From the NCBI GenBank assembly GCA_963693365.1, contig CAVNZM010000012.1, positions 3,817,292-3,881,291 of the forward strand: a stretch of DNA of 64,000 nucleotides, in the 5' to 3' direction. The position numbers were made by a program, and so were the translations under genes. Below, one piece after another: positions 1 through 42,090 of the stretch (within the stretch, counting starts at the first letter, position 1; every line of letters begins with the position of its first letter). Source of the DNA: Amoebidium appalachense (Eukaryota; Protista; Ichthyosporea). The notes beneath the pieces are model-generated. The model saw nothing but the letters and a program-made list of their open reading frames with translations, ran no database searches and had not been told where the DNA came from.

Positions 1-77
1 CATTCCTCCCAATCGACTTCACAAATACCTCCGTACGTGCATGTTTATGTGTGCACACACCCTAGTGTATGTGTGAC

Positions 78-132
<55 letters not shown>

Positions 133-242
133 TTTGCACGCATGTGTGTGTGTGTGTGTGCGCGCGTGTGCGTGTGCGTGTGTGCACACATGTGTGGTGC
201 GTGTGGGGGGTGTATGTGTGTATGTGTGTGTGTGTGTGTGTT

Positions 243-297
<55 letters not shown>

Positions 298-398
298 ATG
301 TTCGTGTGTGTGAGTGTATGTGGTGTGTGTGTGTGCATGTGCACATGTATGTGTGTTTCTGAGGGGATCGGAGGGAGAAGGGTGAAGGGAGATGGTAC

Positions 399-523
399 CT
401 GATATGAGAAAAAAGCTCTGATTTGGGCACCCGGGGGAGCGGAGAGTACCAGGGCCCAAAGCCTCAGTGAGAACACTGTTGTACTGCATGAGGATACTGA
501 CGACACCAAACCCGAGACCACCC

Positions 524-613
<90 letters not shown>

Positions 614-817
614 AACGAGTAGACGGGGGGTAAGGGAGGGAGGAGGGTGTGTAAGTGAGTGAGTGAGTAGGTTGGAGGGAGCAAGGTTGACTGCATGAGT
701 GAGTGTGTGAAAAAAAAAAGGGGTGAGTGAATGAATGAGTTAGTAAGCCAGCGTATGAGTGACATGTGTGTATGTTTAACGTGTGTGTGTATGTATTTTT
801 AGTAATTTTTATTATTA

Positions 818-911
<94 letters not shown>

Positions 912-1172
912 GGAAGGGTTGGAGGGTGCGGGTGGGCCGGGGCAGGGGGAGGGAGGAGTGGGAGAGGGGGAGGGGGTGTGGGTGGGGGTGTAAACGTCAG
1001 TTGGAAACTAAAGAAAGCAAAATTGTGGTTGCTGGATGAACATGTATTCGGTCACAGAACGATACTGGGGGTGAGGTGATAGCGGAGGGGGGGCTTTAGT
1101 GTATCGTAAGGTAGGTCAAGCCCACACCGGGAACGGGCTGGGGCATGGGGTTGGAGGGTGGAGGGGGAGAGG

Positions 1173-1223
<51 letters not shown>

Positions 1224-1358
1224 GATTCAGAAAGAATACGCTATAAAAGGGTGAGTGATTGCTAAAAGTGTGCAAAAGGAAAAAACGTTTGGTGGAAGAG
1301 TGCATCATGTCGTTCAACGACCTGTAGAGCTACAGAGTGTATGTCCGTGTCCCTTCAA

Positions 1359-1455
<97 letters not shown>

Positions 1456-2108
1456 CGCTCGTCTCTGTGGTGTGAATGGGAGGAGGGGTTTGACGGGAAA
1501 AACTACCGAGAGCCACTTGTTGCCGGGTGGCCATGGGTGTGTGTTGGGTGTTGAGAATGGCTTTCAAACCCTGCTCGGATTTCCTGTCCAAACATATTTT
1601 TCCGATAAGCCTCACTATACCCAAGCTCTTCACAATGGTGCACAAGATATTACAACCAACCCTCCCCCCCCCCCCCCCCCCCCCCCTCCTCCCCTTCCCC
1701 CTCTCCCCCCTCTCCCCCTTCATCCCCACCGCGCCTGGGCCCCTACCCTGCCAACCATTTCGACTCTCCCACAAACCTATCCATCTCTACACAGTACTAC
1801 GACTCCCAAGCAATATAAAACTTAAAAAAAAGAAAATGAAGAAGAGAGTAAAGCGACCGTATCAAGTTGCACCTGCATTTCCATACATCCCCCCTCCCCC
1901 CTCCCCCTCCCCCCTCCTCGCCCCCTTCCGCCCTCCATCCCTAGGCCCCTTTCTCCTCTTGATGTCTCTTATTTCGGATTCACGAACACAAAGCATGTAG
2001 TTTCCTTTGAAAGGAAGAGGACAAAAGATCTGGTTGAGACAAAACAGAAACAGCTGCAGAAAGCATTCAAAAGAACACGGAGGTACGGTAGAAAGATTCG
2101 AGGTTCTT

Positions 2109-2145
<37 letters not shown>

Positions 2146-3730
2146 CTGGGAGGGCAAGGGAGAGGGAAGGGGGCGGGGAGGGAGGGGGAGGACAGAGTGA
2201 GCAGTTACGACCAGTGCATCTCGGCACACACAGGTAAGGAGAGGGAGAGGAAAGAGCGGGGGTGCGTGGATGGGAGGGACACAGAATATGGAACACTATA
2301 CCTAGGGAGGGGTGATGGTAGGGTGCGTGTGTCTGTCCATGTGTGCATGTGTGCATGTGTGAATGTGTGTGCGTGTGTGTCGGGTGAGGGGGTGGGGGGG
2401 CATGTATGTGTGTATGTTTGTGTGTGTCTGTCTGCCTGTGTGTGTTTCTTTGGGGTGGGTGGGGGGGGGGGGGGAGGAGGGGGGGCAGCAAGGCACGTAC
2501 ACAAGCACCATGAAGAACAGCCAACGAAAGAGCTCCTGGAAGAGCACGGTGCTACACAGCACCCACGGATAGACCTCCTTCAGGGGGGGTATTATGATCC
2601 ACCACACAGACGCTACAAACAGCGCCATCAGCCAGAAAAACCCACTGGAGAGGGGTAAAAGTCAGATAAATAACCTGCCTTCCCCCTCCCCCCCCCCCCC
2701 CCCCCCCCTCCGACTCTCTCTCTTGTCATTCCGCCCCCTCCCCCGAGTCTTCCCCCCTGCCCCCCTCCCCCCCCACACACACTATACTCTTGTTCTCACC
2801 CCCCCCCCCCCCCCCCCCCCCCCCCCTTTCCCTCCTACCCCCAAGACCAACAAACCCTCCCACTCTCTCTTTTGCCTTTTCCTCTTCGACGAAGCACTGC
2901 CCTCTGTCACACACCCACACATTCACAACCTATCCCCCCCCCCTCCGCCCTGCCTATTCCCCTGCCCTGCACCCTCCCCCCCCCCCCCCCCCCCACCCCC
3001 GTCCCGCTTTGTCCCTCTGCTGGGCCCCAGTTTCTCAGCGTCCAGGTCATACGGACACAGATCCACGAGTTGAGAAGTACTGATGTGCCGTTGTTATGGT
3101 GAGCTGGGGCCTCCGCTGCCTCCCTCCCCCCCGCTCCCGCCCTCCCTCCCTCCCCCTCCCCCTCCCCCCCCCCCCCTGCGCCCCCCCCCCCGTCTTTCCC
3201 ACATAAACACCACAGTGAGTGTGTGGCTCTACAGGTGTGTTAAACGTGCACACCCATATGTGCCGTCGAAAACTCAGCATGACACAAAGCTTCGGACTTT
3301 TGGAGGTCCATCAACGTAATTATGCGGGACCCTGGGACTAGGAGCGTGGCACCTCATATGAATGTTGTGCGAAAAGCGAGCAACAGGGTTTACTATGGAG
3401 CCATAAGCCCCTCATATATCATTAGGTAGGAGAAAGGAATTGTGTAAGTTTGTGTACGCGTGCATCCGTGCTCACTTGTGTGCATGCGAGGTGTGGATGC
3501 AAGCCTAAGTGAGTGACTGGGGTAGCACCAAACATGTGGGTACACACACCCACGCATGTCCTTGCGTGTTGGTGTAGGAGCGTGCACCGTAGTCTATGTT
3601 ACTCCTCGTAAACTCACCTCAACACGAATAGGATGATAAGCTGTGGCTTCCATATAACATGGCCCATGAAAATTGCCACGGCAGGGGAGAAGGTGATGAG
3701 TAGGCAGCCCACTAACGTAGCAAGTGTCAT
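399..3730 (-). CDS. APH1: Gamma-secretase subunit APH-1 (5' part; gene continues beyond the left edge of the window)
   Basis: Phase-compatible GT-AG exons 3730-3618, 2644-2501, 1583-1507 and 524-399 give [21 protein letters not shown]...[16 protein letters not shown]...[12 protein letters not shown]...KSEQGL...[10 protein letters not shown]...ALGPGT. This matches recalled APH-1 motifs (FFWL, QE.FR, GLGFG GxxxG, GPGT). Confidence 0.93.
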
Positions 3731-5034
3731 TTTCAGTCAATCGCAGCACCGCAGCACCAGACTTGCCTCAAAAACACGAAAAAAAAAAACTATCCAGAAA
3801 TGACCGTTTAAGGGAGTTGACACAAGCCGGTGCAACCAACAAAACTGAAGGTACACGCCGTAGGCTAAAGTGAATTCCTACGCCTGGGATCCTGAGAATG
3901 TACCCGTAGATGTAAGATCCAGACTAATATGGTAGTGTCAAAATGGAGGAAAGCGAAAAAGGCGTATGCTTGAGCCTATAAGAAGATAGATGCCCAGATA
4001 GATTTCCTACTCTGTTCATATGTGGGTGACATGGATCTTACAATACGTATACGCAAACCATCGATGTCCTTTAGTTCTTTCCGCTACGGTTCGGAACCAC
4101 CACCTTGGCTTTTTCACTGCCTGCTTTGGCTGTGGCTGGGACAAAAAAACCGCTAACCATCCCCCTAAACTTATTGGCGGGCACGGAAAAAATATTGGCT
4201 CCAGCTCAAGGCCTCCTAAATAGGCCTTGCTCCAGCTACAGGTGAGATAAAAACGTGAGCGGCCCCAGTATATACGGTGTGTTTGCGTGTGCGTGCGTGC
4301 GTGCGTGCGTGTGTGTGTGTGTTACTCAAATCAACACAAATCATATACAGTGGTCTCTACATGAAGGCATTGATCATAGCTAACTCCTGGCTTGATCTCT
4401 TTCGTGCTCATGTAGTCGATCATTTTCTTGCTTACGCCAATGTCTATGCATGGTAAGCAAACGATGGTCCTTATTTATGCTGAGTGGATCCTCCCCGTAT
4501 AGCCCGTGTGCCCTTAATTCGTACTATGACATGACGAATGCGTGTGCGCTTGTGTGAGTGAGTGAGTGTGTGAGTTTGTGTTCTTGGGAAGAGGGGGTTG
4601 GGGAGGAGGAGGAGGATATGCGGAGTGTAGGCTGCTGTGACCCTGTCCTTCATTGGCAAGGGAATGCAATACTGGGCATGCTAGGCAAGATGCGTAAATG
4701 AGAGGTTGCTTCTTGAGTCTATTTCGACGGACCAGCCTGCTGGAAAAACAAAGGCTCATAGCGATTCTAGAAGCCGACAAATCAGCATCATCAGGTTAAT
4801 ACATGTTGAAGTACGTACATAACAAAAAGTCATTCAACGAAAAAGCATTCCATTTTCCCGTTCAGCAGAAACCGTTCGGCCATACTTCCACTCCAGCTCA
4901 TATGTGTCCCACCCTCAGCCTACGGTGGATTAGCTCTGTGGCGCCACTGGGTGAAATCTTATATAGGGTTATTCGGCCTAATATTAGCACATACCCAAAC
5001 CAAGTCCAACCCATCCCTACCTAATCTAAGTGCA

Positions 5035-5516
5035 CTAAAGAGGGGCACCAGGTCTATAGCCTATTCTCTCCTCCACCGCTACTTGGTCCAGGCGCCGCTG
5101 CACTCCTGGTGGCACAAATTCTGCGCTTGGCGGTTGATGTTTTCGTTTAAGCTCTTGTGCCTGTAACAAAAACCTATTAGTGACAGCGAAAGTGTGAAAG
5201 AACGGGTGCCATCGAGACAGAGGAGTTCAGAGAATAGGAGTGGAGTTGAAGAAGCTCAGCTTGGCAAACCATAATGTCAAGGGGAGAAGGGGGGGGGGGG
5301 GGGGGGGGGGGGGGGGGAGGAGGGGGAGAGCAAGACGGGAGGGCGAAATCAGTTTTTGGGGTATCAGGGATGCGGGCGTGTGGACTTCATCGAGCCTATC
5401 AAGAGTGAGAACCTAGCACATGGTCGTGTTGGAGCTGTGGTGTCGGCCTGCGTATGGGTGTTGTGTCTCTGAGAGTTGGCTAACAGGCACCGGGGGAGGG
5501 GGTGGGGTGGGAGGGG

Positions 5517-5553
<37 letters not shown>

Positions 5554-5968
5554 GGGGGGGGGAGGGGGGGAGGAAGGGGGCGAAAGGGGCAGTAAGAACG
5601 CGTTACACGAAGTTGAAGACACAAAAAACACGGTGCAGGGTGAAGAATGCAGGAAGATGAACAAAAGGCAGAAGCAGAAACCTGACATTCAACACAAAGA
5701 AAAGCCTTAGAGTAATTGTGCGTGCATGTGTGCCGGTGTAGGCGCGCGGGCGTGTGTGTGTGGGGGGGAGGAAGGCTCGGAGCAGGAGAAAGGTACGGGA
5801 GGGCAGGGAAGGGGAAAAGGTGGGGAGGTGGGGGGGGGAAGGAGCTGAAGGGGAAAAGGGTAGCGGAGAGGGGTTAGGGAGGAGGAGGAAAAGGAGGGTG
5901 AGGTCCTGGCAAAGAGGGGAGGAGAGAGGAGGGGGGAAGAGAAGGGCGACAGCCGTCGGATGGGTTTG

Positions 5969-5999
<31 letters not shown>

Positions 6000-6216
6000 T
6001 GCGTGTGCGTGTGTGTGTTTGTGTGTGTGTGTGTGTGTGTGTTTGGGGCGTGTATGTGTGTGTGTGTGTTTGGGGTGTGTAAAGGGGGGGAGAGGGGAGG
6101 GGGGGGGGGGAGGGAAACTGTAAGAAAATTTGCGAGAAACCGTACTCATGGCTTACCTTTAATTCTTCCACATCGTCCACTACCAGTTCAATCCTGGTGG
6201 GCTTTCGCCTCAACAT
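5035..6216 (-). CDS. CDC26: Anaphase-promoting complex subunit CDC26 (61 aa, 2 exons)
   Basis: Exon 6216-6157 MLRRKPTRIELVVDDVEELK (signature CDC26 N-terminus) joins exon 5160-5035 AQELKRK...EERIGYRPGAPL* (cf. DRIGYKP in vertebrate CDC26) across a phase-0 GT-AG intron. Confidence 0.92.
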
Positions 6217-6978
6217 GGTTGCGAGCTGCGGAGACTGGCGCTGCAAAGGCTCTTCCACAGCACACACGTGCTGAAATCAGTGTGTGGCTGTGTGGTGCTT
6301 GGATTTCAGCAACGGGAAAAATTGCAGGAAAAAAGACAATACAAAAAGGATTTAGAAAAAGTAAGATACAAACAGCTACATATAGCACAGTACATACCAC
6401 TACGGAGTCATAGAGCGGATGTTTTACTTCTTTTTCACAAGTTTTCTGTGGCTCTACATATGTAGCGCCGGCCGTCTTGTAATCAGTGCGGAACCGTGGC
6501 CTTTTTCAATCGAGCCCGGTTTGATTGGCCCATCTGTAATACTTCGTTTTGATTGGTTGGTGTTTTTGGCGGGCGGCCAAAAAACCGTTATGGACAACCA
6601 ACTCCTGTGTGGGCAAGCTTGCACGGCCAAACTTGTGTGTTGGAGAACGTTGGTCGGGTAGACCGTCTGAGAGTTTTTCAACCAATGCCTGGTAGATGGT
6701 AGACAGACCCTTTTCATTTCAGCTATAGGAAAATTTCAGGTCAAGGCTATACATGGAATATTGCATACATGCCTGGGGCAGCGAGAGGTTAAGCGGCCCG
6801 GGTGCCCAGGCTGCAGGCGGCGATAAAACGTACATTTTCATAACGTGGGTTGTGACTCAGCCCCGATACCCCCTCCATCAAATTTTGTTAATATTACAAA
6901 CATTTTGAAAGCATATTTGGAAAATTACAACCAGGGAAGAACATAATTTTCCAACCAGGGAAGAACCTAACCAAAAAC
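6217..6978. promoter_or_regulatory. Putative bidirectional promoter between CDC26 and NCAPD3
   Basis: Start codons are divergent and ~760 bp apart. The region is microsatellite-free, with CCAAT boxes (ATTGG ~6523 and ~6552; CCAAT ~6682), an E2F-like inverted site TTTTTGGCGGGCGGCCAAAAA at 6563-6583, and TTTGAA at ~6904. Confidence 0.55.
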
Positions 6979-35174
<28,196 letters not shown>

Positions 35175-35370
35175 GAGGCAATCCCCAAGATCAACAACAC
35201 ACAGAGACACATGGCGGGGTGGTAGTAGACGGAACAGAAGGGCTTTTATGCGTGGGTTTACTATAGTCTTCTTGGCTGAAGGATGATCCTGTCCGTGGGT
35301 GGTGTGTGTGTGTGTGCGTGACTCCATGTGTGGGTCTTTATGTGTGTTGGTTTGGTGATGTGTGTGTGTT

Positions 35371-35444
<74 letters not shown>

Positions 35445-38105
35445 TTCCGGGGGGAGGGGGGGGGGGGTTGTATCGATTCGTGCCGTTGCTTTTGGTTGCT
35501 TGGGACAGAACCCGGGAGCGGAGGAGCGAGTGATAAGGTGAGGGGGGAGTGGGGAGTGGGGGGGCTCTACCACGGTGGTGAGACAAAATGCGATTATATT
35601 TGGGAAGTGCATAGATCAAATATACTGTAACACAAGTTTGGTGTTTTGTTTTTCTCTTTGCAAATAAGAGTTGTAATATTATAGCTCTTTTTGACGCAGC
35701 TTCTTCTTGCTGCTAAAAAGAACCCTAAGTCATTAGCTGACGTCCACTATTTAGTGTGGTACTGTTGCATGATAAACATGGTATCATCAGTATATGCTCG
35801 AGGAAGTGTTTTGAACACTCGCATGTATTGAGTATCCAAAATGGTGCTCAAGCTGTAATATATCAATAAAGTCTATGTGGTGTGTTGTACCAGTGGACAC
35901 GCACTGGTGCTTTCTGATTTACAACAGCCCTTTATTTCTGTTGGTTTCCAGCTGAGACGACACCGATTTTCAGTCACAAGCACACTGCGTTGCAGCATAA
36001 AATTGTCATTAGGAGCCTTAGAACTCTTGGTCATAGTATTTGAGACTGCCCCGCGGGCCCTATCTAGCTTCCTACATGCTGTTCCGTTAAATAAAGTATT
36101 GCTTGTCGTTGTAGGAACAATTTGTACATCCACGATAACGAAAAAGAGGCAGTACAACATCACCAAATCTGCCGGAGTTCGCCGGGTGTGTGGTAATTAA
36201 TGTTAGTGTATACGACCAGAGCTCACCAGTGCGCACTGTGAGTTCTGTCGACACCTCGAGATCGACGGGTTGTGGGCCATGGGAGGGGCCATGGGCGGAT
36301 CTGCGAGACATCCAGCATATTCGAGTAGGTGCACTTGGAGCAGAGCGCTGGGAGCTCGTGCCGCACATCTCAAGCATATTCAGCTAGAACCTTATATAGA
36401 TAGATAAATACGCCTAGGCCTAATGGAGCCGTGAGTAGCTGTCGTGAGCGCGCTGGAGTAGAGCTCCGGAGCCTTCGCCGGCTGTGCCACTGAAGCCGGC
36501 CCGTATACGAGCGTACATGCATGTGCGCAGTCCCATGATCACATGTGACCGGAATACATGTATGTGGCATATGGCGTGATCATGGCTGAGCTAATAGCGC
36601 TCATTAGCATCCGTGATAGATGATAACGGCACTAAATCTAATACCATCCATGCATGATGATGATGTACAACGTTGTACACCTTGATGTGCATGCATATGG
36701 CATCTCTGTGCATGCAAGTGCAATCAGGAACACATACATAGACTTTTCAATCATCTACTGACTCAACTGAGAGCTCGAGGGCTGCACAAAGAAATTATTT
36801 GCCACGGTTGCCTCGGATTATGTATACGTACTGCGATGCACATGCATGCGCAGGCATGCAGGCATGAACGGCGGCTGGGCAGCTGGCTGCCTACGCACGT
36901 ACTACGTACATACCGTATGCACATGCAGCCAGTCAAAATGCCGCATATATAGTGCGCGGCTGGAAACACAGATTCTATGTAACTGCTTGCCAGTATCTTA
37001 TATTTCTCGTTGTTCCATTACTACTCACTCTGTATCTCGCTCGACGCTTTGTATGTCAGCCAGTCTACTCGCACGAGGCTTGGCTTCAGTGAATGCCGGG
37101 CAGATATAGCCAGGGCCAAAGTCGGCGACCGTCTGACCGTTTGCCAACTGCCGGCCGCGGGTTGATGAAGTTGATGCGGACTGTAAACAATCCTGGATCT
37201 GAGCTGTGATGCGCTCCTAGCCAATCAGGAGTAACAGCAGATGCTGGAAGATCCGTGCAAATTGACTGTTTCAGCAATACGGATTCCTTGTGTACCATGG
37301 CTGGAAAGATTTGTTTTTAATAATTTTTAAAATAAAAAATATAATCTAAGATTGTTGTTATGGGATATAACTTACGTATTGAAAACTACCCACAAAATCG
37401 TACGGCATGCTGGCTTTTACCCTCCTCCAGATTCCGGATTCCTATTTGCTCCACTCTAGTGACTCTACCGACCGCTGATTGGTTGCAACAACAGCACCAA
37501 ATAAGGTGCATAATATTCTATTCCGATTGGTTGTAATGACAGACAACACGCGTTCTGGAATGTCTAAGTTCAGTGTTTATTATCCAACGTGACTACGTGA
37601 CAAAGCGTTCCGTTCCGCATCCAAACAACAGGGTGTGCTTACATGCATTGCTGAACCAACAAAGAAAATAAACGGCTGAAGTTTTGCTGGAATTAATGTA
37701 TCAAGCACCCAAAACCTTGTTGGTCTTTCTTGTCTACTTGTTGTAAGTACGAAAGCCACAAACACATGCGAACCTCGGCCGCAAACCCGCGAAGACGCAC
37801 CCCACGCAGATTCCTTCCTTTCAGGCACGCACGGGCCCACAGCATAATGATATCACAGCTGTTGTTGTTGCTTTCTGCAATTATGTGCCAACCAGTAAAA
37901 ACCGCCCATACGAAGCCACTGCTCAGCGGGCACCAACCGCCTTAAAAAGGCGGCGCACCCTCCACGAAAGCACAGTATACGTTTAAATTTAGTTCCGTAC
38001 TGTTACGGGTAGGGTAGAAACAAGTACACAGTACGTGTGTGGTTTTCCTCCCCCCTCTCCACTTTTTGTAGTTTATGTGGGCCATTAGGTCGTTTTCGAG
38101 CCACC

Positions 38106-39534
38106 ATGGGCCTCAGCCTCAACGCGGGTAAGACGCAAATTATCATCGTGGCCTTTTTGGCCTTCTCCTGCCCGGGCATGTTCAACGCCATGTCCGGTCT
38201 GGGGCGGCGCCGGCAGCACCGACGCCACCACGGCAAACAACTCCAATACGGCCCTCTACGCATGCTTTGCCATCTTCGGCTACTTCGGTGGCATGATTTT
38301 CAACCTGTGCGGTGATTACGGTAACAAGATCCTCATGGGCTGCGGTGGTCTTACGTACGTGCTCTATGCCGTGGGTCAATATCTTGCCGGCCACGACGAG
38401 ACCGGCGGTTGGAACTGGCTGGCTATTCTCTCCGGCGCTCTGCTCGGTGTTGGTGCAGGTCTGTTCTGGACGGCCCAGGGTGCCATGATGATGGCCTATG
38501 CCCCCGAGGAGAAAATGGGCAGCTACATCTCTCTCTTCTGGGTCATCTTCAACCTCGGCGGCTGCCTCGGTGGGCTGCTCGTGTTTGCCGTCAACTTCAA
38601 CAGCTCCTCTGGCGGTGCCTCCCCTGCCACCTACTTCACCTTTGCCGGCATCATGGCCGCCGGCTCCATCTCCGCCTTCTTCTTCCTCGTCAACCCCAAG
38701 ACCGTCATCCGTGAGGATGGTGAGGCCGTTATGTTCGAAAAGGCCGCTTCCCCCGGCGAGGAGTTCAAGAACGTCGCCCTCATGTTCCTGGACAAGCACA
38801 TGCTTCTTCTCACCCCCCTATTTGCCACCTCCAACTTCTTCTACTCGTACCAGTTTAACGCCCTTAACGGCGCCCTGTTCACCATCCGCGCCCGCGGTCT
38901 CAACAGCGCTTTCTACTGGGCGTCTCAGATGCTTGGTGCCTTTGTGTTTGGTCAGCTTTTCCTGGATCGCCCCTCCCTTCCCCGCACGCGCCGCGCTGTT
39001 CTGGGTGGTATTATCCTCGCCGTTTTCTTCACCTTTGCCTGGGGTCTGGGTGCCTACCTGCAGCTCGGCTGGGAGGGCGGTTATGACAAACCCGGCTACG
39101 AGTGCAGCGTCAAGGACCACCCCCTGAACTCGGCCCACCCCTGCACTGACAGGCTGCGCACTGCTAAGCGCATCGACCTTGGCGATAGCGGCCGCTACAT
39201 TCTCCCCATGATCACCTTCCTCCTGTACGGTATGGGTGATGCTATGCTTCAGACGTACGCATACTGGCTCATGGGTGCTATTACCAACGATCTTTCCCAG
39301 TCCGCTCGCTACACGGGTTACTACAAGGGTATTCAGTCTGGTTTCGCTGCAATTGCCTGGCAGCTCGATAACAACACAAACTGGAAAGTGCAGCTCTTTG
39401 TCAACTGGGGCATGTTCACCTTTGCCATCCCGTTCTACATGTACGTCGCTGCCCGCTATGTGCAGAATTCTCTGCGCGACGATGCCGCCACCACCACGGA
39501 CATCTCTATGAGCAAGAAGGGCGGCGACTATTAA
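38106..39534 (+). CDS. Intronless UNC93-like (DUF895-type) MFS membrane transporter with an apparent +1 frameshift at 38201-38204
   Basis: CCACCATGG start at 38106 gives MGLSLNAGKTQIIIVAFLAFSCPGMFNAMSGLG. Removing one G from GGGG gives GGAGSTDATTANNSNTALYACFAIFGYFGG, which runs into the 413-aa ORF (LLGVGAGLFWTAQGAMMMAYAPEEKMGSYISLFWVIFNLGG, DKHMLLLTPLF, FTIRARGLN, GYYKGIQS). These are typical plant/fungal UNC93-like motifs. Strong C/G third-position bias. Confidence 0.9.
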
Positions 39535-40382
39535 AGAGTTTTCCGTAACTTGTAATGGCATCCATATCCCTTGTAAGGATTAATGGAAAATAAAATTATG
39601 CTTTTTTTTTCGTTGTATGAGCTGCATGCGATCGGTATAGCAGCGTGTAGCTAGTATGGATCCGGATACTACGTGAATTAAGAGGTATTACGTAGGTAAA
39701 TTTTATTTTAATCATAAAGAACATGCTCGTTTTGTAACCGCGTACGCCCAGTTGTACTGGGTTGAAAAGAAAACTGCACACACGCTGTGGGAAGTGCCCC
39801 TTAAGAATAATGATAGCATTCATAGCTAGGCTAAGTTTGACCAACACGTTCTATTTGGTCGGGTAATCAGCTCATGCAAATAAAACATCGTGTGCTGCCA
39901 TAAAACTGCTGTCTTTCATTCCCCCCCCTCCCCCTCTGCCCCCCCGGTCACTCTACCTCTTTTGTAACCTCGGGCCCTGGACATGTACACAGCCTCCGTG
40001 AAAGTTCGGTGAGAGTCCGAGCAGAAGATCCTACATTTTTCTCTTTTCTTTCTTTTCTTTTTTTCATTTTTATTATTATTATTTTTTTTCCCTTCATTTT
40101 TTTTTTGGCCATAGGGGGGGGGGGGGGGGGGGGGGGGGGAGGGGGAGGGGGGTCACGGGAAACTTGTATGCATCAACACCTCTTGGTGGCTGCACACACA
40201 TCGTCACAGTGAGTGACCACCGTTTGAACTCAGTTAAATGATCGTTAGAGTTGCATGCAGTAAATTAGAGTTGTATGTGATGTGGATCTGGATGTGCACG
40301 GTATGTGAGCATGTGCATGAGCGCGCGCGGGCGCGCGTGTGTGTGTTTGTGTGTGTTTGTGTGTGTTTGTGTGTGTGTGTGT

Positions 40383-40416
<34 letters not shown>

Positions 40417-40574
40417 TCGTGTGTGTGTGTGTAACCGTTTGAGTATGTAGACGGCGTAAAAATACGTCACGGGGTGTGATTGTGTGTGTTTGTAGAGACC
40501 TCTGCACCCACGTGTCAGGCAAAGTTCCACACTGTGTGTGGGTGTCAGGCTCAGATGGCGGAAGTGAAACACCC

Positions 40575-40605
<31 letters not shown>

Positions 40606-40620
40606 AAAAAAAAAAAAAAC

Positions 40621-40738
<118 letters not shown>

Positions 40739-40810
40739 GGGCGGAGAGAGAGCGAGAGAGAGGGAGGGAGGGAGGGAGGGAGAGAGAGGGAGAGAGAAAG
40801 AGAGAAAGAC

Positions 40811-40914
<104 letters not shown>

Positions 40915-41048
40915 ACCACCACTACTTACTGTAACCCCATGCTGCTCACACATCGTGTTCTTTTTTCCACCGTCGTTTCTGCATCACGGGCAGCCTGTAC
41001 TATTGTCTAGTAGGTTTCCATGGGACTGGTACCTACGGAATTAAGCAT

Positions 41049-41080
<32 letters not shown>

Positions 41081-41378
41081 CCCTCCCCCCCCCCCTCCCC
41101 CCCTTCCACCCCCCCCCCCCACACACACACACACATCACTGCCTCCAAACATTTGCACTTACCTCGTGCCCCTTCCCCGGCCAACCGGCTTGTTTTTATA
41201 TCATGGGTTCAATCTGCACGTTTGGTATATCGTAGTTTCCTGAGGGGCTGGTAGCCACCAACAGGCAGCAGGATTGCAATCAGCCCTTCTTATGCCTTTC
41301 CCCCGATGGTTTACATGTATTAGACACAGCCTGTCGCGATCGGCGACATTAAATAGCGCGCACAAAGGCACTATTATT

Positions 41379-41429
<51 letters not shown>

Positions 41430-41510
41430 CCCCTACCCCTACCGAATCTTTCTGGTATTCAAACAAAGCTCGAGTACCAGTTGATCCCTCCCCCTCCTAC
41501 TGCCACCAAG

Positions 41511-41557
<47 letters not shown>

Positions 41558-41687
41558 GCCCCTACCCGCCCGGCCCAGAGCCCCCTCCCCCCCCCCGTCC
41601 CCCATCCCCGGAGGCCCTCCCCTCCCCTCCCCCTTCCACATCGTCTCTTCCCCTCGCGCCTCCCTTCCTCCCTCCCTCCCCAAAAAA

Positions 41688-41799
<112 letters not shown>

Positions 41800-41865
41800 A
41801 CACACACACACACGCATGCACACGCACACACACACCGGACACACACACACGTACACAAACACGTG

Positions 41866-41906
<41 letters not shown>

Positions 41907-42022
41907 ACGCACACGCACACGCACACGCACACGCACACGCACACGCACACGCACACGCACACGCACACGCACACGCACACGCACACGCACACGCAGACGC
42001 ACACGCACACGCAGACGCAAAC

Positions 42023-42090
<68 letters not shown>

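Noticed and set aside
35760-35860. Minus-strand RAYTDD peptide resembling an RT YxDD motif
   Set aside because: No other RT motifs are nearby and the frames are closed, so it is likely chance.
38182-39561. Long antisense and alternative-frame ORFs over the transporter
   Set aside because: They are shadow ORFs caused by strong codon bias.
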